This document shows, piece by piece, positions 7,440-15,572 of a DNA stretch of 64,000 bases (its first letter is position 1; each line of letters starts with the position of its first letter). Source of the stretch: an uncultured Candidatus Saccharibacteria bacterium (GTDB lineage: Bacteria > Patescibacteriota > Minisyncoccia > Phycocordibacterales > 2-02-FULL-43-11); contig CAYGDO010000001.1 of NCBI GenBank assembly GCA_964348785.1, forward strand, positions 120,369 through 184,368, given 5' to 3'. The notes under the pieces are model-generated. The model was not told the origin of the DNA and did not search any database. It was given only the letters and a program-made list of their open reading frames with translations. The translations under genes were made by a program, and so were the position numbers.

Positions 7440-8666
7440 ATGATTATTTTAGGGATAGAAACTTCATGTGACGAAACTGCAATAAGCATAATTGAAACTT
7501 CTGGAACATTTCCAGATGATTTTCATATTGATATAAAATCAAATATTGTTTTATCTCAAATTCTAATTCACAAAAAGTATGGTGGGGTCTTCCCCGCTCT
7601 TGCAAAAAGAGAACACTCCAAAAATCTAGTTCCAGTTTTCATCCAAGCGTTAAAAGAAGCCGATCTTTATAAAGAAACAACACCCTCCACAAATACTCTT
7701 CCTCAGATAGAAAAAACACTTGAACGAGAACCTGAAATGTTCGAAAAATTTAAATTGGAAATTACAAAATTAGAAAAACCAAAAATAGACGCTATTTGTT
7801 TTACAAAAGGACCCGGATTGGAACCCGCTCTTTGGGTGGGTATCAACTTTGCAAAAGCAATAAGTGAATACTGGCAAATCCCAGCAGTTTCAATAAATCA
7901 TATGGAAGGACACGTTCTTGTAGCATTACTACAAGAACGTGGAGCACAAAACGTAGAGCATGAAACGTCAGAAAAAAAATCTTCCGCTACACGCTACACG
8001 CTACACGCTTTACGATTCCCCGCTCTCGCCCTACTTGTTTCTGGGGGACACACGGAGTTGATTCTTATAAACGATTGGTTTGATTATAAAAAAATCGGTG
8101 CCACAAAAGATGACGCTATTGGAGAAGCTTTTGACAAAGTAGCAAGAATTCTTGGACTTCCCTATCCTGGCGGTCCTGAAATATCAAAATTGGCCGAAAA
8201 ATGGAGAAAATCTAACGAAAAAGGGCTGGGTATAAAATTACCTAGGCCAATGATTAACTCTAAAGATCTAGATTTTTCGTTTTCAGGTCTAAAGACTGCC
8301 GTTTTATATACTGTCCAAAAAATTGAAAACTTAACAGAGGAAATCAAAGCTGAAATTTCTGCTGAATTTGAAAATGCCGTTGTGGAGACTGTAATCAAAA
8401 AAACAAAGAATGCAATCTTGAAATTTGATGCCAAAACCATAATTTTAGGAGGTGGAGTGGCAGCCAATAAACACCTAAGGGGAAATTTACAAAAAATGTC
8501 TGAGGAAGAAAATTGCCAGATTTTTATACCAGAAATTAACCATTCAACTGACAACGCCCTTATGATATCAATCGCCGGAGCGCTGAGAATCACTAAAAAC
8601 GGCTTTTCGGAAGAAAAAAATACTGAATCAAAAGCTGACGGCAACTGGTCTATAGACAAAATTTAA
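7440..8666 (+). CDS. tsaD: tRNA N6-adenosine threonylcarbamoyltransferase TsaD (Kae1/Gcp family), carrying an extra roughly 25-aa insert
   Basis: MIILGIETSCDETAISII, HMEGHVL and LLVSGGHTEL motifs. The insert is GAQNVEHETSEKKSSATRYTLHALR. Confidence 0.9.
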   Translation: MIILGIETSCDETAISIIETSGTFPDDFHIDIKSNIVLSQILIHKKYGGVFPALAKREHSKNLVPVFIQALKEADLYKETTPSTNTLPQIEKTLEREPEMFEKFKLEITKLEKPKIDAICFTKGPGLEPALWVGINFAKAISEYWQIPAVSINHMEGHVLVALLQERGAQNVEHETSEKKSSATRYTLHALRFPALALLVSGGHTELILINDWFDYKKIGATKDDAIGEAFDKVARILGLPYPGGPEISKLAEKWRKSNEKGLGIKLPRPMINSKDLDFSFSGLKTAVLYTVQKIENLTEEIKAEISAEFENAVVETVIKKTKNAILKFDAKTIILGGGVAANKHLRGNLQKMSEEENCQIFIPEINHSTDNALMISIAGALRITKNGFSEEKNTESKADGNWSIDKI

Positions 8667-8682
8667 ATTGGCTTTTACTTTT

Positions 8683-8710
8683 TTGAAAAAACCATATATT
8701 TTGCTATGAT
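8683..8710 (+). promoter_or_regulatory. Putative promoter of valS (TTGAAA-16-TATGAT)
   Basis: gcTATGATTTgCAT resembles the -10 region of the 4687 promoter (gcTATGATTTaCAT). Confidence 0.4.
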
Positions 8711-8717
8711 TTGCATC

Positions 8718-10862
8718 ATGAATGAGAAATTCCTAAAACCATACAACCCTAAAGAAACTGAAGATAAAATCTACAAACTATGGGAAGAAAGTGGGGCTTT
8801 CAACCCGGACCATTCCACTACTAACCACAAACTACCAACGAAAAATTTCTGTATGATTATGCCTCCAACAAACGCCAATGGGTCACTTCACGCGGGCCAC
8901 GGTCTTGTTATGACTATAGAAGATATTATTACCAGATATAAGAGAATGCGTGGTTTTAAAACACTTTGGTTACCAGGACTTGATCACGCAGGCTTTGAAA
9001 CTCAAGTTGTCTATGAAAAAAAGTTAGAAAAAGAAGGCCGTAGCCGATTTGAAATAGAGCCTGACAAACTTTATCAAGAAATTTTAGATTTTACTTTAAA
9101 CAATTCTTCAAACATAAAATCCCAGGTTAGAAAAATGGGGGCTTCTTGTGATTGGAGTAGAGAAAAATTTACTTTAGATGATGATATAGTAAAAACAGTT
9201 TATCAAACATTTAAAAAACTTTATTCTGATAATCTACTTTACAGAGGAAAAAGAATAATCAGCTGGTGCCCCAAACACAAAACTTCTTTCTCTGACCTTG
9301 AAATAAAAGATGAAGAAAAAATTGAACCTTTTTATTACTTAAAATATGGACCCTTTACAATCAGCACTTCAAGACCGGAAACCAAATTCGGAGATAAATA
9401 TGTAGTAATGAATCCACAAGATAAAAGATATGATGAGTATAAACATGGAGACAAAATAAATCTTGAGTGGATAAATGGTCCCATCACCGCAACCATCATA
9501 AAAGATGAGGCGGTAGATATGGAATTTGGAACTGGAGTGATGACTATTACGCCATGGCACGACCCAGTTGATTTTGAAATTGCCAATAGACACAACCTAG
9601 ACAAAGAACAAATTATCGACGAAGGCGGAAAACTTCTCCCTATCGCAGGTGAGTTCGCGGGCACACATATCACAAAAGCTAGACCTCTAATTATTGAAAA
9701 ATTAAAAAACAAAGGTTTAGTAGAAAAAATTGACGATAAATATAAACACGTCGTTCACACTTGTTATAAATGTGGCACGACAATCGAGCCTCAAATCAAA
9801 AATCAATGGTTTGTTAAAATGAAACCTTTAGCCGACAAAGCTCTAGAGAAAATAAATTCTGGTGAAATAGAATACATCCCGGAGCATTACAAAAAAATTA
9901 CTGTTCATTGGCTAGAAAATATTATTGATTGGAACATTTCAAGGCAAATAGTCTGGGGCATTCCAATTCCTGCAAAAATTTGTGACAAATGTGATACAGG
10001 AGTCGTAGATCTAGAAGATAAAATATTTAAATGTGAAAAGTGTGGCGGAGAAATGAGAAAAGATAAAGATACCTTCGATACTTGGTTTTCTTCAAGCCAG
10101 TGGCCTTTTGCATCACTTGGTTATCCAGACAATAAAGATTTCAAAGATTTTTATCCAACAGATGTAATGGAAACTGCAGGAGAAATTATTTTTTTCTGGG
10201 TTTCAAGAATGATAATGCTTGGACTTTATGTTACAGGAAAAATTCCTTTCAAAACCGTTTACTTGCATGGATTAGTGCTTGATGCCAAAGGACAAAAAAT
10301 GAGTAAAAGTAAAGGAAATGTTATAAATCCACTCGATCTAACAGAAAAATACGGTACTGATGCTTTCAGAATCGGAATGATTATTGGAAATACTCCAGGC
10401 ACTTCCCTTGCACTTTCTGAAGATAAAATTCGGGCCTATAAAAACTTTGCCAATAAAATCTGGAATATCGCTCGTTTTGTATTAACCAATACAGAAGATA
10501 CAAAAATAAACGAAGAATTTGAAAACTATTCAACAAAAGACATCGAACTAATAAAAGAACAAGAAGAAATATTAAAAAGCGCCACAACCGATATGGATAA
10601 CTATAGATTCTATATCGCCGGAGAAAAGTTATACCACTATATTTGGCATAATTTTGCCGATATAATACTAGAGGATAGTAAAAAAATTTTTGATTCAGAA
10701 AATAACACAGATAAAGAATCAAGAAAACAATTTTTACTAAACACATTGGACAAAATGCTGAAGTCACTTCATCCTTTTATGCCATTTGTTACAGAAGAGA
10801 TTTGGCAATTATGGAAAAATAATTCCCTTCTAATGACTGAAAAATGGCCTGTCAATAGCTAA
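8718..10862 (+). CDS. valS: Valine--tRNA ligase (short form without the C-terminal coiled-coil domain)
   Basis: HIGH motif PPTNANGSLHAGHG, KMSKSKGN, and a zinc-binding CP1 region. The true start is probably the ATG at 8718 (MNEKFLKPYNPKE); the track start at 8706 overlaps the -10 box. Confidence 0.95.
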   Translation: MNEKFLKPYNPKETEDKIYKLWEESGAFNPDHSTTNHKLPTKNFCMIMPPTNANGSLHAGHGLVMTIEDIITRYKRMRGFKTLWLPGLDHAGFETQVVYEKKLEKEGRSRFEIEPDKLYQEILDFTLNNSSNIKSQVRKMGASCDWSREKFTLDDDIVKTVYQTFKKLYSDNLLYRGKRIISWCPKHKTSFSDLEIKDEEKIEPFYYLKYGPFTISTSRPETKFGDKYVVMNPQDKRYDEYKHGDKINLEWINGPITATIIKDEAVDMEFGTGVMTITPWHDPVDFEIANRHNLDKEQIIDEGGKLLPIAGEFAGTHITKARPLIIEKLKNKGLVEKIDDKYKHVVHTCYKCGTTIEPQIKNQWFVKMKPLADKALEKINSGEIEYIPEHYKKITVHWLENIIDWNISRQIVWGIPIPAKICDKCDTGVVDLEDKIFKCEKCGGEMRKDKDTFDTWFSSSQWPFASLGYPDNKDFKDFYPTDVMETAGEIIFFWVSRMIMLGLYVTGKIPFKTVYLHGLVLDAKGQKMSKSKGNVINPLDLTEKYGTDAFRIGMIIGNTPGTSLALSEDKIRAYKNFANKIWNIARFVLTNTEDTKINEEFENYSTKDIELIKEQEEILKSATTDMDNYRFYIAGEKLYHYIWHNFADIILEDSKKIFDSENNTDKESRKQFLLNTLDKMLKSLHPFMPFVTEEIWQLWKNNSLLMTEKWPVNS

Positions 10863-10864
10863 TA

Positions 10865-11554
10865 ATGAGTTATACACAAACAATCATTTTTGCTTCTTTG
10901 GGTGGTATCCTTCCAGCTTTGTTTTGGTTATGGTTCTGGTTAAGAGAAGACCGATTACACCCAGAACCAAAGAAAAACATCATACTTTCATTTATTGGAG
11001 GAATGATCATCGTTCCCATCGCCTTTTATTCTCAAAAATACACAGAACCATTATTCACAGGAGTAACACTGGTTTTATGTTGGTCACTAATAGAAGAAAC
11101 TTTAAAACTTATATCGGCATATTTTACAGGTATAAGAAAAAAAATCTGCGATGAACCAATAGATGCTATGATCTACCTCATAACGACGGCTTTAGGATTT
11201 TCTGCTCTAGAAAACACTCTTTTTCTAATAAGTGATATAAGTAGCAATAATATCGTATCAAGCATTGTGACGGGCAATTTACGCTTTATAGGGGCATCCC
11301 TACTCCACATACTGGCATCAGGAGCAATTGGTGTATTTATCGCTTTTTCTTTTAATGACGGCAAGATTTCTAAAATATTTCATACAGGGTTTGGCCTTTT
11401 AGTAGCAGTAATATTACATTCAATATTTAATATCTTTATAACTAAGAGTAATAACTGGGGGGCTTTTATAGTGTTTGCCTTCGTCTGGGTTTCAATTTTT
11501 ATGCTTCTAGCGGCTTTTGAGAAAGTAAAAAACCTTGGAAAAATAAGACTTTAG
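10865..11554 (+). CDS. PrsW-family intramembrane protease-like membrane protein
   Basis: Multi-TM protein with an EETLK motif, ALEN and a conserved His, as in PrsW/YpdC-like proteases. Confidence 0.6.
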   Translation: MSYTQTIIFASLGGILPALFWLWFWLREDRLHPEPKKNIILSFIGGMIIVPIAFYSQKYTEPLFTGVTLVLCWSLIEETLKLISAYFTGIRKKICDEPIDAMIYLITTALGFSALENTLFLISDISSNNIVSSIVTGNLRFIGASLLHILASGAIGVFIAFSFNDGKISKIFHTGFGLLVAVILHSIFNIFITKSNNWGAFIVFAFVWVSIFMLLAAFEKVKNLGKIRL

Positions 11555-11648
11555 AGAATTTATAAATCTTTATCAACTTTTTTGTTTTTATCAGAAACAA
11601 AGGTGATATAATGAAACGAAAGAATTTTTATTATTAACCTAAATAAAA

Positions 11649-12098
11649 ATGGCAAAAGATAAAAGATCGTTTTTTGAGAGATTGGCTGGCTCTAGACCGG
11701 TAAAGGAAGAAGAAAAAACGCAAAAGAAAATATCCGCAAGAAATGAAGAAGAGTTAGTAACAGATGACGAAGAGGGTCAGCTCACCGTTGACGTTTATCA
11801 AACTCCAGATGACATAGTCATAAAAACAATGACCGCAGGTGTAAAGCCTGAGGATTTGGATATTGCCATAACAAGAGATATGGTTACGATAAGAGGTCAA
11901 AGAGAGGGTGGTATGGAAACAAGTGATGAAGATTATTTTAGTAGAGAATTATATTGGGGCACCTTTTCCAGAACAATAATGTTACCTCAAGAAATCGACG
12001 TTGAAGGAGCTGAGGCCTCAGAAAAACACGGCCTTCTTACCATCAAGCTTCCAAAACTAGATAAACATCGCGAAACAAAATTGAAAGTTAAGTACTAA
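11649..12098 (+). CDS. Hsp20/alpha-crystallin family small heat-shock protein
   Basis: Alpha-crystallin domain (VDVYQT..., GLLTIKLPK). Confidence 0.85.
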   Translation: MAKDKRSFFERLAGSRPVKEEEKTQKKISARNEEELVTDDEEGQLTVDVYQTPDDIVIKTMTAGVKPEDLDIAITRDMVTIRGQREGGMETSDEDYFSRELYWGTFSRTIMLPQEIDVEGAEASEKHGLLTIKLPKLDKHRETKLKVKY

Positions 12099-12108
12099 AG
12101 CCTAAAAA

Positions 12109-12582
12109 ATGCCAAAAAGTAGGAAAGCTTTTACTCTTGTTGAACTATTAGTTGTGATATCAATAATAGGAGTTTTATCATCTGTAGTGTTTGCTTCTTT
12201 AAGTAGTGCAAGAGCATCAGCCAGAGACACTAAACGAAAAGCGGAAATAAAAAATATGATAACAGCTCTGAGGGTTTATTATAATAGTAATAATATTTTC
12301 CCAAACATATCATACGCGGGTGCGTGTGGCACAGCAATAGATGGTACAGATGCTCTTTCAGTGGCGTTAATTAGTGATAATTTAATGACAACAATGCCCA
12401 CCATTCCATCAAATTCCGGAGCTTGTGGAGACGCTTATTATAGCGGAACATGGAATGCAAGACAGGGCATAGCTGTGCTGACAAAACTTGAAAAAAATGA
12501 TTCAAACTGTACAGCGTGGGGGCCAAGTTGGTTCACAACAGGATCATATTGTAATGGTTACTATGTTCAGGTCCTACCGTAA
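12109..12582 (+). CDS. Type IV pilin / pseudopilin with a prepilin-type N-terminal methylation domain
   Basis: N-terminus KAFTLVELLVVISIIGVL is the class III signal-peptide consensus. Confidence 0.7.
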   Translation: MPKSRKAFTLVELLVVISIIGVLSSVVFASLSSARASARDTKRKAEIKNMITALRVYYNSNNIFPNISYAGACGTAIDGTDALSVALISDNLMTTMPTIPSNSGACGDAYYSGTWNARQGIAVLTKLEKNDSNCTAWGPSWFTTGSYCNGYYVQVLP

Positions 12583-12605
12583 AAATCTTTTAAATACAAT
12601 CTAAA

Positions 12606-12640
12606 AAAACATCCGCTAATTAACAGATGTTTTTTTATTT
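12606..12640. terminator. Bidirectional terminator hairpin between the convergent pilin and kinase-like genes
   Basis: acatc ... gatgt stem followed by a T-run. Confidence 0.45.
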
Positions 12641-13180
12641 TTATTTAACTTTCTCCAATAAAAGTTTTCTCAATTTATTTAAAGATTCATCAAATTCAAA
12701 TTTATTTTCAAATATTATATCCGCCTCATCAAGCTGATCAAATTCCTTTTTTAAAGATAGGTACATACCAAATGAATCCTTAAGGATATGTCCCTCCCTC
12801 TTATCTTTTTCAAGTCTTTCTTTGACAACATTCTCGTCTGCTTTTATCCATACCAATAAAATTTTATCCACATATTCACCAACTCCTTCAAACAAAAAAT
12901 TACGTAATGACTTTTTATGTAAAGTTTCGTCGACAATTATATTCTTATGCAAAACATAAATAGATTTTAAATCTAAAATTACTCTTTCAAAAACTTTCAT
13001 CCTCGTATCGTCAGAAAATGGAATGTTATTTTTAATATTATATTCAAAATTTGAATCTGTTGGGTAAATCTCTTTTTTTACAGCATCAACATCATAATAG
13101 AAAAAACCCAAATCCCTTGCTATAGCTTTAGCAAGAGAAGTTTTTCCAGTTCCTATCAAGCCCGCAAAAAATATGATCAT
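12641..13180 (-). CDS. P-loop NTPase / predicted kinase (AAA_33-like ATP-binding protein)
   Basis: Walker A motif GLIGTGKTS. Start moved to the internal Met (MIIFFAGLIGTGKTS) because the longer track ORF overlaps the tRNA-Phe 3' exon. Confidence 0.6.
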   Translation of the reverse strand: MIIFFAGLIGTGKTSLAKAIARDLGFFYYDVDAVKKEIYPTDSNFEYNIKNNIPFSDDTRMKVFERVILDLKSIYVLHKNIIVDETLHKKSLRNFLFEGVGEYVDKILLVWIKADENVVKERLEKDKREGHILKDSFGMYLSLKKEFDQLDEADIIFENKFEFDESLNKLRKLLLEKVK

Positions 13181-13186
13181 TTGTTG

Positions 13187-13492
13187 TGGTGCCGAGGGCC
13201 GGGCTCGAACCGGCGACCCCATGCTCTTCCGTATACATCAAATTATTTCAATATGATGCTTGGACTATCTCATTATCCTTTTGAAAGGATATCGGGCGCT
13301 AGTACAGGATTATTGTTGGGACTCACCTGTTAGTCTCTACACCTTCCAAGAAACTTTTAACCCTTCTTGGCTTGGCTCGGGATTGTCCATATTACTATGA
13401 GTTTTCCCCGAATTCACCCAATTTGCTTTACCTATTACTAGATAAAGGCCCGAAGATTCAGGCACATGCTCTACCAACTGAGCTACCTCGGC
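13187..13492 (-). tRNA. tRNA-Phe (anticodon GAA) interrupted by a group I intron. Exons about 13460-13492 and 13187-13229; CCA encoded.
   Basis: 5' exon GCCGAGGTAGCTCAGTTGGTAGAGCATGTGCCT and 3' exon GAAGAGCATGGGGTCGCCGGTTCGAGCCCGGCCCTCGGCACCA assemble into a canonical 76-nt tRNA-Phe with loop CUGAAGA, G37 and A73. Confidence 0.8.
13230..13459 (-). ncRNA. Group I intron (IC3-like, about 230 nt) in the anticodon loop of tRNA-Phe
   Basis: Contains the conserved IC3 core GGACAATCCCGAGCCAAGCC (like CAAUCCUGAGCCAAGCC in the cyanobacterial tRNA-Leu intron) and GGTGTAGAGACTAACAGG (like GUGUAGAGACUAGACGG in the Azoarcus tRNA-Ile intron). U at exon position -1 and G at the intron 3' end are consistent with group I splice sites. 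The exact boundary is ambiguous by 1-3 nt. Confidence 0.75.
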
Positions 13493-13534
13493 ATTACTTC
13501 AAAACTGTTTAAATAAACAATTTCTAAGAATACT

Positions 13535-14251
13535 TTAACTATTTTTTAACAAATCAGCAAGTTTCCCCTTAACGCCCGCAATAAAACCAATTAACTGATG
13601 AAATTTTTTTGTATCACTAACTCTAACAGCAATAGTACCGAAAGGAAGTCGATTAAACTGACGCTTACTTTGACTTGATAAACTTTTTACATAAGAAATT
13701 TTTCCCAAACTTTCCCTTTTCAAACCTGTTACGTTTAACCAGTAAAAAATTGCTTGCTTCTCTTGTTTACGATCAAAAAGTCTTAAATTTAATCGGATTC
13801 TCGATTCTTCAATCTCTAAACATTTTCGCAAAAATAACATAAAAAACTTTATCATTTCTCCATCAGAATTAGTAAAGCTAATTGAATGATGAGTAACTTC
13901 TCTACCCCCAATCTTAACTGGTCTCTTATAACCTTCAGCCCAATACAAAGCAACACCAACAAAAAATAAATCCTTCAATAAAAAATTTTTAATGCTATCT
14001 TTAGCTTGTAAAAAAATATTATTGTTTCTTTCTTGAGCAATTAAAGTTTGTGCCTTATTTCTTTTTACTAGACCGTTTAAAACCCCAACCTCAACTTTTT
14101 TATTTATTCTTGTCCTTGCTTCTTCTGATAAGGGAAAATCTTTAAACCATCCAGATTGAGTCGATTTTGGTACTCCTAAAATTTTATATATCTCATTATA
14201 ACTATACCCCTGAGATCTCAATTGTTTTGCCTTTTCGTACCTAACATCCAT
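13535..14251 (-). CDS. HTH-domain protein, possible freestanding homing-endonuclease-like protein (weak LAGLIDADG-like FVGVALYWAEG motif)
   Basis: N-terminal resolvase-type HTH (YSYNEIYKILGVPKSTQSGW). About 238 aa. Lies immediately upstream of the intron-containing tRNA-Phe. Confidence 0.4.
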   Translation of the reverse strand: MDVRYEKAKQLRSQGYSYNEIYKILGVPKSTQSGWFKDFPLSEEARTRINKKVEVGVLNGLVKRNKAQTLIAQERNNNIFLQAKDSIKNFLLKDLFFVGVALYWAEGYKRPVKIGGREVTHHSISFTNSDGEMIKFFMLFLRKCLEIEESRIRLNLRLFDRKQEKQAIFYWLNVTGLKRESLGKISYVKSLSSQSKRQFNRLPFGTIAVRVSDTKKFHQLIGFIAGVKGKLADLLKNS

Positions 14252-14311
14252 AATACTATTATAGTATCATTGGTTCGAAAACACAAAAGTAGAGCCTTTC
14301 GACTTATCAGC

Positions 14312-14596
14312 CTACCTTTTCAAGAGAGAAGATAGGTCAAAATTTTTTATTGAATCGTTCACCTTACCCACCTCATTTATTTGATTCTGCAATGTGCCAT
14401 ATACACCAAGAACCCTATCTATATAAGGTTGAATGAAATAATAGGAACCAAAAGCTAAACCAATTATCATAGACCAATAAAAAACCCTCCAGGCCATCTC
14501 CAGCCTCCTTGCTCTTTGAATTTTCTTTAATATAACCCTGCACTCTTCAGCGATTTCTTTCACCTCATCTAAAACTTTTCTATCTTCGGGATTCAT
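14312..14596 (-). CDS. Hypothetical small membrane protein (94 aa)
   Basis: ORF with one TM helix. No family recognized. Confidence 0.4.
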   Translation of the reverse strand: MNPEDRKVLDEVKEIAEECRVILKKIQRARRLEMAWRVFYWSMIIGLAFGSYYFIQPYIDRVLGVYGTLQNQINEVGKVNDSIKNFDLSSLLKR

Positions 14597-14616
14597 AAAA
14601 TAATTTTAGCATATGA

Positions 14617-14648
14617 TTCACTTCGTTACATAATCCCCTCGACAGGAA
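14617..14648. repeat. 32-nt direct repeat of the tRNA-Arg 3' end plus flank (copy 1; copy 2 at 14791-14822)
   Basis: ttcacttcgttacataatcccctcgacaggaa is identical at both positions. The copies bracket a roughly 142-bp GC-rich insert (14649-14790) that contains the hairpin gcaaatgaagcagttcatttgc. Confidence 0.7.
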
Positions 14649-14807
14649 AAGATATCTCCTTCGACTCAAAGCTCGCCGTTGCTCGCTTTGGTCTAGGCAC
14701 CGCCTCGCCAACTCGCCTACTGGCTCGATATGGCTCCGGCGTTCGATTCCTGACGCAAATGAAGCAGTTCATTTGCTTCGAGGTGACTATTTCACTTCGT
14801 TACATAA

Positions 14808-14879
14808 TCCCCTCGACAGGAATCGAACCTGTATCTAGACGTTAGGAGTGTCTTGTTCTATCCATTGAACTACGAGGGG
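14808..14879 (-). tRNA. tRNA-Arg (anticodon CCT)
   Basis: Minus-strand CCCCTCGTAGTTCAATGGATAGAACAAGACACTCCTAACGTCTAGATACAGGTTCGATTCCTGTCGAGGGGA. Anticodon loop CTCCTAA. Confidence 0.8.
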
Positions 14880-14906
14880 GGTCTCCTAAATACATAGATA
14901 AACTAA

Positions 14907-14956
14907 CACATAAAAACAAAACCTTGAAGAGTGCTCTAAGGTTTTGTTTTTATGTG
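14907..14956. terminator. Long perfect hairpin terminator (19-bp stem) downstream of the glutaredoxin-like gene
   Basis: cacataaaaacaaaacctt ... aaggttttgtttttatgtg. Confidence 0.6.
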
Positions 14957-14975
14957 TATAATAATTTCTATAAAA

Positions 14976-15221
14976 CTATTCTATGTTTAAAAGTTCTTTC
15001 AACCTGTCCTCATCAAAACCAACCACAACATTATCTTTTATTATCATGACGGGAACTCCCATTTGACCACTTTTTTCTACCATCTCCTTCCTCTTAGCTA
15101 AATCTTTTGAGACATCAAAATTTTCGTAAGTTACACCTTTTTCATCAAAAAAATCTTTTGCCATCTCGCAATACATACAAGTCGGAGTTGAATATATTTT
15201 CACCTGTGTTTCTTTTGTCAT
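14976..15221 (-). CDS. Glutaredoxin-like protein (NrdH/Grx family, CxxC = CMYC)
   Basis: 81 aa thioredoxin fold. KIYSTPTCMYCEMAKDFF, GVPVMII. Confidence 0.8.
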   Translation of the reverse strand: MTKETQVKIYSTPTCMYCEMAKDFFDEKGVTYENFDVSKDLAKRKEMVEKSGQMGVPVMIIKDNVVVGFDEDRLKELLNIE

Positions 15222-15359
15222 ATTTTTAAATATTATTTATAAGTCAAAGCATTATATCCGACAAGTCATTTTGAGTAAAAAAGTTATCCCCAACTAACAA
15301 AACATCCCTCCGATTTTCGATTCCCACACAAATACACCAATTCATTAGTGTATTTAAAA

Positions 15360-15410
15360 TGCGAGTGGCGAGAATCGGACCCTCTCCTTACAGGAGCGGT
15401 ACACCTTTTG
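15360..15410. repeat. Degenerate copy of the tRNA-Gly 3' end, then the hairpin motif ctctccttacaggagcggtaca shared with 3976-4003
   Basis: tgcgagtggcgagaatcggaccc resembles the tRNA-Gly 3' end tgcggatacggagaatcgaactcc at about 17/23 positions. The 24-nt motif is about 90% identical to the one downstream of tRNA-Val. Confidence 0.45.
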
Positions 15411-15501
15411 GATATTTAAGAAAATATCTCAAAAGGTCTTGCGAAGCTCCAAGTATTCGCTTCTCACCCTATGCTTGCCCTATAAAATTTGCTTTTTTCA
15501 A

Positions 15502-15572
15502 TGCGGATACGGAGAATCGAACTCCGATCTATTGCTTGGGAAGCAATCATTTTACCACTAAACTATATCCGC
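15502..15572 (-). tRNA. tRNA-Gly (anticodon CCC)
   Basis: Minus-strand GCGGATATAGTTTAGTGGTAAAATGATTGCTTCCCAAGCAATAGATCGGAGTTCGATTCTCCGTATCCGCA. Confidence 0.85.

Noticed and set aside
7985-8008. The short tandem repeat gctacac x3 as a possible CRISPR or minisatellite.
   Set aside because: Only three 7-nt units, inside a coding region, with no spacers. It is reported as an in-gene repeat, not CRISPR. No CRISPR array was seen anywhere in the window.
8706-8717. Track start of valS at 8706 (MICIMNEK...).
   Set aside because: The ATG at 8706 sits inside the putative -10 box TATGAT, and ValS orthologs begin near MNEKFLKPYNPKE, so the ATG at 8718 is preferred.
13181-13222. N-terminal extension (MGSPVRARPSAPQQ) of the P-loop kinase ORF.
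   Set aside because: It overlaps the 3' exon of tRNA-Phe on the same strand. The internal Met followed by the Walker A motif is the plausible start.
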